Below, in pieces: positions 54,522 through 64,000 of a DNA stretch of 64,000 nt. The stretch is taken from NCBI RefSeq assembly GCF_009914755.1, contig NC_060938.1. One strand, written 5' to 3'. Position 1 is the first letter of the stretch; each line of letters opens with the position of its first letter. Under the pieces are notes generated by a model, which was given only the letters and a program-made list of their open reading frames with translations, did no database searches and was not told the DNA's origin. Source of the stretch: the human T2T-CHM13v2.0 reference genome, Homo sapiens. The position numbers and the translations under genes were made by a program.

Positions 54522-56764
54522 GCATATATGCCACATTTTCTTTATCCATTCATTCATTGTTGGACACTTCGGTTGATTCTTGGCTATTGTGAATAGTGCT
54601 GTAATAAACATGAGAGACCAGAAATCTCTTTGACATACTGATTTAATATTCTTTGAATATATACCCAGTAGTGGGATTGCTGGATTATGTGATAAGTCTA
54701 TTTTTAATGTTTTTGGAAGTTATATTGTTTTCCATAGAAATTGCTCTAATTTACATTTCCACCAACAGTGTATGAACATTCTCCTTTCTTCACATCCTTG
54801 CCAGCATTTGTTATTTTTTGACTTTTTCATAAAAAACATTCTAAGCAGGGTGAGATGATATCTCACTGTGGATTTGACTTGCGTTTCTCTGATTATTACT
54901 GATGGTGAGTATTTTTTCATATACCTGTTGGTGATTTTTTTATCTTATTTGGTGAAATGTCTATTCAACTCTCTTGACTATTTTCTAATCCAATTATTTG
55001 TGTTTTTGCTATTGAGTTGTTTGAGTTTTCTATAAATTTGGGATATTAACCCCTTATCAAGTGAATAGTTTGCAGATATTTTCTCCCATTTTGTAGGTTG
55101 TCTCTTCACTCTTGTGATTGTTTCCTATGCAGTGCAGAAGTTTTTATTTGGAGTAATCCTATTTGTTTATTTTTGCTTTTGTTGTGCATGTCTTTTGATG
55201 TGTTTCTAAAAAGTCCTTGCCCAGACCAATGACATATAACATTTCATTTATGTTTTCTTCTACTAGTTTCATAGTTTGGGGTCTTACATTTAAACATTTA
55301 ATTTATTTTGAGTTGATTTTTGTATATTATGAGAGATAAGGGTCTACTTTCATTCTTTTGTATGTGGATATGAACTTTTCCCAGCATCATTTGTTGAAAA
55401 GACTGTCTTTTCCCCATTGAATGTTTGCACCTTTGTCAAAAATAAGTTGCATGTAAATGTGTGGATTTATGCCTGGGCTCTCTATTTTTGTTGAACTGGT
55501 CTACATGCCTGTTTTTATGCCAATACCATGCTGTTTTAGTTAGGATAGCTTTGTAATATATTTTGAAATTAGATAGTGTAATACCTCTAGCATTGCTCTT
55601 TTTGTTTAAGATTTATTTGGCTATTTGGGGTGTTTTGTAGTTTCCCATGGATTTTAAGATTTTTTTTAATATCTGTGAAGAATGAAATTGGAAATTTGAT
55701 AGAGATTACATTGGATTTATAGATTGATTCGAGTAGTATGGTCATTTCAACAATATTAATTCTTCTAGTCCATGAACATGGGATATCTTTCTATTTATTT
55801 TAATTTGTTTAATTGTTTTTATCAATGTTTAATAATTTTCATCTTTCCGTGGCTTAACTTACTTGTAGGTATTTTGTTTCTTTAATAGCTATTTTAAATG
55901 GGATTACTTTCTTGATCCCTTTTTCAGATAGTCTGCTATTGGTGTATAGAGATGTTACTGATTTTTTATGTTGCTTTTGTATCCTGAAACCTTATTGTAT
56001 TCATTTATTATTTCTGATTCTCAGTGGTGTATTTAGGGTTTTTTACATATATGATCATGTCATCTGCAAAGAGGGACAATTTGACTTTTTTTTTTTCCAA
56101 TTTGGATGCCTTTTATTTCTTTCTTTTACCTAATTGTTCTGACTAGGACTTCTAGTACTATGTTGAAAAAAATGATTAAAGTGAACATCCTTGTCTTGTT
56201 CCAGATCCTAGAGACAAAACTTTCAAGTTTTCACCATTCAGTGTAATGTTGCCTGTGGGTTATCACATATGATCTTTATTTTATTATGTTCTTTTATAAC
56301 TAATTTGTTAAAAGGTTTGATCATAAAAGGATGTCTAATTTTGTCAAATGCTTTTTCTGCATCTATTGAAATGATTATATGTTTTTTATCCTTCTTTGTT
56401 TAATGTGATGTATCACATTTTATTGATTTACATGTATTAGACTATCCTTACCTCCCTGGTTAAATAACACTTGATTATGGTGAATAATCTTTTAAATGTG
56501 CTTTTGAATTATCATTGCTAGAACTGCTGGTTTTGAATGTTTGCATCTATGTTTATCAATGATATTGGCCTGGAGTTTTCTTTTATTTGCTGTTCTTGTC
56601 TCATTTTGGAATCAGGAAATGCTGTCTTCATAGAATGAGTTTGGAAGAGTTCCCTCCTTTTCATTTTTTTGAAATAGTTTGTAAAAAATTTGTATAAGTT
56701 TTTTAAATGTTTTGTAGAATTTGTCAGCGAAAACCACCAAGTCGTGAACTTTTCTTTCTTCCTC

Positions 56765-57040
56765 TATTTTTTTGGAGACAGGGTCTCACTCTAGCACTGA
56801 GGCTGGCATACAGTGGTGCAGTCATAGCTGACTGCAGCCTCAAACTCCTGGTCTTAAGTGATCCTCCTGCCTCAGTCTCCTGAGTACAAGTACACACCAC
56901 TATACCTGGGGAATTTTTATTTTTATTTTTAGAGATGGAGTGTCATTGTGTTGCCCAGGCTAATCTTGAACTCCTGGCCTCTAGTGATTTTCCTGCCTTG
57001 GGCTCCTAAACTGTGAGATTACAGTTGTGAGCTACTGTGT
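56765..57040 (-). mobile_element. AluJ-like nested in L1
   Basis: Reverse Alu GAGACAGGGTCTCACTCT...GAGATTACAGTTGTGAGCTACTG. Confidence 0.9.
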
Positions 57041-60000
57041 GAAGTGGATTTCCCTTGACTGAGAGCCTAAATCTCTCCTTCAGTCTCATTATTTGTCATT
57101 GGTTTGTTCACATTTTCTATTTCTTCTTTCTTCAATTTTGATAGGTTATATGTGTCCAGAGCATACGTTTTACTTCTAAGTTTTTCAATTTATTGGCATA
57201 TAATTGTTTGTAGTACTTACTCATGATTCCTTATATTTCTCTAGAGTCTATCATAGTATATCCTTTTTCATCTCTGATTTTATGTGAATTTTCTCTTTTT
57301 TTCTTAGTCTGACAAAACATTTGTCAATTTTACCTTTTCAAAAAAGATTCCTTCATTTAATTAGTCGTTTGTATTTTTTGTCTTCATTTTGTATATTTGT
57401 GCTCTGATCTTTATATTCTTTTGCTAATTTGGGTCTTAGTTTGTTCTTGATTTTATAGTTCCTTGAAATACATTGTTAGATGGTTTATTCATTATCTTTC
57501 TTCTTTATTGATGTAGAAATGTATTGCTGTAAACTTCCCTCTAAGGACCATTTTGCTGTATTTCATAAGTTTTCATATGTTCTGATTTCATTTTTATTCA
57601 TCTTAAGACATTTTTAAAATAATTTTTTTTTCATTGACCCATTGGTTGTTTAAGGATATGTTGTTTTATTTGTATGTATTTGCACAATTTCTGAAGTTCC
57701 TCCTGTTGTTTATTTCTAGCTTTATTCCATATGGTCAAAAAAACACGTGATATGATTTGATTTTTTGATTAGCTAAGACTTGTTTTGTGGTCTAACATAT
57801 CTATCATGGACAATATTCCATATGCAGGTGAAAAGATAATGAATTATCCAATTGTTGGATGAAATGTTATGTAAATAACAGTTAAATTCTTTTGATCTAG
57901 AGTGCAATTTAAATGTTTCTTTGTTGAGATTCTCTCTCAATGATCTGTTCATTGCTGAAAATGGGATGTCGAGGTTTCATACTATTATTGTACAGTTTTT
58001 TGTCTCTCCTTTTAGATCTATTGATGTTTGCATTACATATTTAGGTTCTCCAATGTTGAGTGCATTATATATTTACAATTATTGTATTCTCTTGTTGTAC
58101 TGACCCCTTTATTATTATATAATGGCCTTGTTTGTCTGTATTTACAGTTTTTCTACTTGAAGTCTATTTTATTTGATATAAATATAACTACTTCTGCATT
58201 CTTCTGATTTCCATTGTCATAAAATATATTTTTCCATCTGACCACTTTCGATTTATGTGTGTATTTACAGGTGATGGGAGTCTCTTGTAGAAAGAATATA
58301 GTTAGGTCATGTTTTTAATCCATTTACCCATTCTCTGTCTTCTTACTGGATAATTTAATCTATTTACATTCAAGGTAATTATTGATAGATAAGGACTTGT
58401 ACTGCCATATACTGTTTTCTTGTTGTCTTAGAATTTTTGTACCTTTTTGTCCCTTTGTTGTCTTCCTTTGTAGTTAAGTGATTTTCTCTGTGTGTTTTTG
58501 TTTCTTGTTCTTTTATTTTTAGTGTATCTAATGAAAATTTTGCCTTTTGGTTACTATGAAGCATGCAAAGAATATTTTATAGTTTCAATAGGTAATTTTG
58601 AATGGATAACAACTTAATTTTGATAACAAGAAATGGAGAAAAGCAATCACTCTGCTCTTTAACTCAATCACTCCCCCACATTTTGCATTTTTGATGTCTT
58701 AATTTACATCTTTTATATCACTTATCCCTTAACAAATTATTGTAGTTTTCATTTTTGTTTTGTATTTTAACCTTCTTACTAAAAACATGTAAGTGGTTTA
58801 TATTCAATTATTACTATACTAGAGCACCCTGAATTTGTCTGAATATTTATTTTTACCTGTGGATTTATACCTTCCATTTTTTTGTGTTACATATTAGTGC
58901 CCTTTTCTTTCAGTTTGAAGATTGTTCTTTAACATTTCTTTTAAGGCAGGTATGGTTACAATGAATTTCTTCATCTTTTGTTTGTCTTAGAATGTTTTAA
59001 CCTCTCCTTCATTTCTAAATGAGAGCTGTGCTGGATACTGTATTCATTGTTGACAGTTTTTTTCTTCTGCACTTGATTCTATTATCCTACTCTCTCCTGG
59101 TCCATATTGTTTCTGCTGAGAAGTCTGCTGCCAGGCACATTGGAATTCTCTTATGTGTTATATGCTTCCTTTTTCTTAGTGATTTCAGGACCTACTCTTT
59201 GTTTTTGACGTTTGAAGGTTTAATTATAATATGTCTTGTGGTTGTCTTATTCAGATTAAATCAAATTAGTGAGCTTTGGCCATCCTAAACATCTTAATCC
59301 TTCTCCAAGTTTAAAAAGTTGTCTGTTATTTCTCTGAATAAGCTTCTAACTCTTTTTCATTCTTAGTTCCACTTTAACACTGTAGATTTTTTTTCTTGAT
59401 GGTGTCCCATGGATCTCGTAAGTTTTCTTTGTTTCTTCTCATTTTTTTCTCTTTTCTACTCTGACAGTGTATTTTCAAAGAGCCTGTCTTTGAGCTCACT
59501 GCTTTTTTTCTTCTACTTGATCAGTTCTGCTCTTGATGCCCTCTAGTGCATTTTTCAGTTTGTTTACTGAAGTTTTCCACCTCCAGGATTTCCATTTGAT
59601 TTTTTCCCATTATTTTAAATTCTTTGTTGAATTTCTCATAAATTTCCATATTGTTTCTCTGTGCTTTGTTGAAGTGCACAGATTTTTTTTTTTAAAAAAC
59701 AGCTATTTGAATTTTTTTGTCTGCCACATCATTCATTTGCATGTCTTTAGGTTCAGTTGCTGACACCTTGTTTTCTCCATTTGATGAGGCAGTATTTCCT
59801 AGGCTATTCTTATTTTTTGTAGATGTACATCTCTGTCTACACATTGATGAATTAAATATTTATTTCAATCTTCTCAGTCTCGGTTTGTTTTTGACTGTTT
59901 CTCAGTGGGCTTGTTTAGAAATTCTGTGTGGATTTCCATTATATTCCATTTTAGCATTAGGAGGTGCCCAAAGCAAAGGTTAGACATAAGTCTTGCAATG

Positions 60001-61229
60001 GGGCTTCACCATTGATGCAATGTAACTGGATGGGCCCATGGGTGATCCACAGAAAGACTGCTGTCTGTAGGGGGAGAACAAGTCAGGCCATCAAATCTGG
60101 ACAGTCTGTGTATCATGTTTCCCACAGCGTGGTGCCCATAAACAACCTGCCTGGTATAATATTTCCTCTGGTAGGAATGGCTAGCCTCTGCTAAGTTTCA
60201 TATAGTAAGTATTGCTAACCCAATCCCTTCTTTATGTCCCTAGCATGCCTCTGGTGGTTCAGCTCTGTTGACACTCATGGTGCTGCTTGTGGGCTGATGC
60301 AGGAGTGAGTCTACTGTGAAGGCACTCAGTATGGTGGAAAAAATATTCAACTTCTGCTCACTTTATTCAGTGTAAGAACTGTGAGTTCAGGAGGACTTTC
60401 TGCGTATAATACCATTATGGCCTGGGGGAGGAGTATCACAGTCAAAGGGTACTGTTTCCCTTACTGTCCAAGCATGGTTTTACTCCTCTTTGCAGTCCAA
60501 AGGGGCTTCATAGACTCACTCACGTATTCAGGGTTCCTTAGCTCTTGTAAAGGTAATTTCATATGTGGATAGTTGTTCATATAGATGTGTCTGTAGTGGT
60601 ATGATTACTGAAGAGATCTACTGCACTACCTTGCTCTGCCCAAATCCTTCCTCTTTCCAACAAGAGTTTGCCACCTCCTAGTTTTCTTTTTTCTTAACCA
60701 AACTAAGTTTAGCCTTTTAATCCTTCACCCTCTTCCACTTCTAATGCCACTGCTTCTTTGTATGCTTATTGTATTTTCCATGCTATATGACTTTCAGCTG
60801 GTTATTTACAGTATGTAAGTTTTAATATCTTGTAAAATGGGGATAATAATAGCATCCATTTGGTAGGGATGTTAAAGATATTAAAAGACACTGTCCATGT
60901 TAAATAACTTCTTGAGATATATTGAGATGTTTCTGTACTTCCTTGTTCTGGCCTTCTTGTTGAACCAGAGGAATCTATTGCCATGAAAAGCAATAAAACT
61001 GTGATAGTAGAAATTAAAAGTGAGTAGGAACTTATTTAAAAATCATCATTCTCCTTTTCAATGCAAAAATAAGAACTAGAAACTTTTAATAAGGCAATAG
61101 TCTGGAGAAATAATTTATGGAAGATAACATGGATTTTTTAATCTTAGAGGGTTCTTTTACATATTCAAGGGTCGAGATTGGCTGCCTTGAATCCTACTAA
61201 AATTTCAATGTATGTTTTAGAGAGGGAGG

Positions 61230-61600
61230 AAAGAGTCAAAGAAAAAATTACACTGGAAAAAGTTAAATAAGTAAGGAAGATATTATTAAAGCTATTGCAA
61301 TACGGGAGAGAGGCCAGACCTAGTCTGAACTCAGCTCCTCTGATACAAAGGGCCGTGGAGTTTTTGAAAGTGAGGGTAAGGGGGCGATCATAGGCCACCT
61401 GTCTTTGCTAACTGTCTTTTCTCAAAGGAAAATTAAACTTTATTTTATCTTTATGATATAAGGTAATTTTTACAACTTGGAGCAAGATTAGGCTCTTACT
61501 CTCTCATGGAGACTGGGAAATAAGGTATTATCTTTCTGGAGGATTACATTTGAAAGGGATGACTCCCAGATCCTTGAAAAAGGAAATTTTCTGCTTACAA
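61230..61600 (-). mobile_element. ERV1 LTR remnant (MER31/MER67-like)
   Basis: GTCAAAGAAAAAATTACACTGGAAAAAGTTAAA...GCTATTGCAATA-GGGAGAGA...GTCTGAACTCAGCTCC. Confidence 0.6.
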
Positions 61601-62169
61601 GTTACACATGCCACTTCTACCTGCATTTCAGTGGCCAAACAGGTCACATATCTAAATATGACCCTTTCTTCAATAGGATAGAAATGTATAATCTTCTAGG
61701 AGATAAGGTCACTGCAGTAGGAAGACCAGATAATGGGAGAATGATAACATAATCTACCACAATGACCACAGTGAAAACATTAGTAATCCTCAGGGTTAAA
61801 CCAAATCTTCTTGGACATTTAGGTTGATTCTAGGCTATTGTCAATAGTGGAATAGTAAAAAATAAAGAGAATAGCCCATTTATTTTTTGCAGAGAAGCTA
61901 GACAATTCACAGTAGCTTATGGCCTAGACAATTTTGTTTCTTGATCACCACAACTCTTTATAGATGCCTGTGGTCCAAAAATGCGGATTCTTAATCGTCC
62001 CCAAAATGAAGGGATCCTCTGCAAGGCAACCTGGGAGGGAGTTTAGGATTGTTCTGAGGCAGTGAAACCCATTGAGATTCACATGTAAGAGGGTAGAGAA
62101 AGAGAATCCACATGTTTTGATCCCTCCATGTGCTGGATATAAGTTGGTCTTCATTATATTGCACCACCT

Positions 62170-62330
62170 TTGGTGTCAGAGAGAACTGGATTTGAATCCC
62201 AGTTCCATCACTCATTATGATTTGATGGTGAATGTGTTTTTAACTCGTCTGAGCCTCAGTTTGCTCATCTATAAAAGATGGGATTGTTATGAGACTTGCA
62301 TAAGGTAAGTGTTTAAAAATCTGGGAATAA
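62170..62330 (+). mobile_element. MIR remnant
   Basis: TTTGGTGTCAGA...GGATTTGAATCCCAG...TCTGAGCCTCAGTTTGCTCATCTATAAAA. Confidence 0.8.
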
Positions 62331-63059
62331 TCCCTGTAATTTAAAAGACGGGGTTGTGATAAGGCTTCAATAAGGTAAGTGTGTAAAATCTGGACACAAT
62401 GTTACTAATTTAGTAGGTTTTCAATATATAGAGAAGGAGGATTATTTTTCTCTCATTTAATTTTTAGAACGTTTATAAAATTGGTATTATTCATATTTTT
62501 GAGATAATCAAAGGATCAGTAAGTTTAAATAAATCACCATAGTCACAAAGCAGTTCACAATATATTGACTGGATAATTGCTAGTGAAAAGTAGCAATGAT
62601 GATCACATTGAAAATCTTGTGTTAGGTGGTGGTTTTCTCTTTCATAAGCCTCTTCATTTGTTGAAACCATAGATTCTAAGTTTGCTCTATCAAAGTGATC
62701 ATTAGAAAAATATAATGTACTTGGTGTATAAATTTTAGAAAATTTCCTTTTTAGCCCTGTTAATTTGATTGAATATGTGCATTTTGAATTATGAATATAA
62801 ATATGAATATGTATGACATATGAAATATGACTTGACATCACAGAGTAACCTTAGATCGTGGCAACGTTTTTTTCTGACAGCACATGCAGAAATGTATCTT
62901 CTTTCTAGTTTCCAAAAAACTCAGAGGCCATGGGGGAAGTGGGGACTTTGGCTGTCAGATAGTGCATGAGGTACATTAGGACATAGTAATTGCATCATAA
63001 TTCATATTAATAATTCACAGTGAGGAAACCTGAAATTTGCTTCCAGCTACCAATAAATG

Positions 63060-63760
63060 AAAGGTGGGGCGGGGTCGCTGGGGGGCGCGGCTTTGTGAGC
63101 CAGTGCCTGGACTCACACGTCACAAATGGAAGGGCAGCGCGTGGAGGGAACTCAAGGCCTGATTGGTTCTTCCTAAGCAGGACACGATCAGGTTGGCAGG
63201 GCAACCAGCCTTCAGTGGGTGCCTTAAGTTGGTGGCATTTGGTTGCCTTTCATGGGGAGAGGCGGCAGGTGCTCAGCTCTGCAGACGTAGGGGCAAGAGA
63301 AGGCCCAAGCTGCCTCGAGAAGAGCAGAGGTGCCCCACGGGGACCACGATGACCGGTCGCATGTGCACCAAAGCCAGCCCCCGGCAGGGCCAGTGCAGTG
63401 ATTCTGCGGGGCCGTCCTGTGGCTCTGATATCTATGAGTCGTTGGCCAGCAAAGGCACAGGCACCAGCAGAAAGGAGCAGAGACGCCCAGAACAGCCTGT
63501 CCCCCAATGCCAACCCCAAGCAGGGCCAGCTTAGGGTGGGGTGGGCAGAGCAGCTCTGAGATCCATGAGGAGGAGGTGGGAGTAGCGCCAGGCTCCACTG
63601 CTTTGGAGCTCGCACAATTTGAGCCCAATTTGATTCCAGAGCCATGACTTGCAGCACATTGGTGACCAGAAGACCCCCAAAGGTAGGGAGGCGACAGATA
63701 CCGCTTGGCCTCAGGAGCTCCTCTGGCCGTTGCTGAACCAAGGTTCCCCCAGAGACATCC
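63060..63760 (+). promoter_or_regulatory. GC-rich promoter-like island
   Basis: GC box GGGGCGGGG (~63065-63073), CRE-like CACGTCA (~63116-63122) and inverted CCAAT CTGATTGGTT (~63159-63168) within about 110 bp, with local CpG retention. Confidence 0.55.
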
Positions 63761-64000
63761 ACAGCCTGGGGCTCCTCCCTTCTTCACCTGGTTCCTTTCC
63801 TAGGCCCAGGCCCCAAGCATGAGGACTGGCTCTGCCTGGCGTCTCCATCCCTTGGTCTTTCTCTGTTGCATCCAGCTGGTTTCTTTTCTCCTCCCTACCC
63901 ATATGCCCAGTTATGGGCCCTCTTCTTCTTCCTAGAGGCTGGCCAAAAACTAAGTTTTCAAAGTACAAAATGGATGCTACAGATTTCGTTGCTTTAGAGG

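Larger units (their letters stand above)
53935..60660 (-). mobile_element. Long old L1 (L1MA-like), near full length, degraded
   Basis: T-rich colinear L1 antisense sequence from the 3'UTR (53950) through ORF2 (ATCATGTCATCTGCAAA = FADDM; HCWWKCKL ORF) to the ORF1/5' region. Confidence 0.87.

Overview
Primate (human-like) repeat-rich genomic DNA. The main element is a complete 9-exon unprocessed FRG1 paralogue on the minus strand (~23590-45832) with its CpG-island promoter. It is not the functional FRG1: the start codon is overwritten by an inverted copy of its own 5'UTR, exons 1 and 2 are frameshifted, exon 6 lacks 18 bp, the last acceptor reads AA, and the poly(A) signal reads AATGAA. Even so, exons 3-9 still form an open 181-189-codon frame. 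An orphan MLLT10 (AF10) exon lies tail-to-tail downstream, which fits the FRG1/MLLT10P segmental-duplication family; the exact copy and species cannot be fixed without a search. The rest is interspersed repeats: about 16 Alus, several L1s, MST/MLT2/ERVL/ERV1 remnants, MER DNA transposons, MIRs and a MADE1. Also present are a 75-bp x ~15 minisatellite that appears to have grown from a MER5 end (its unexpanded inverted twin lies nearby), a (TTCC)n tract, a 5'-half tRNA-Arg(ACG) pseudogene and a second promoter-like island near 63.1 kb. Reference FRG1, MLLT10, tRNA and repeat consensus sequences were compared from memory, so subfamily names and old-repeat boundaries are approximate. I found no evidence of a wholly new biological system. 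The best leads are the mutational mechanisms and the possible truncated FRG1 product.
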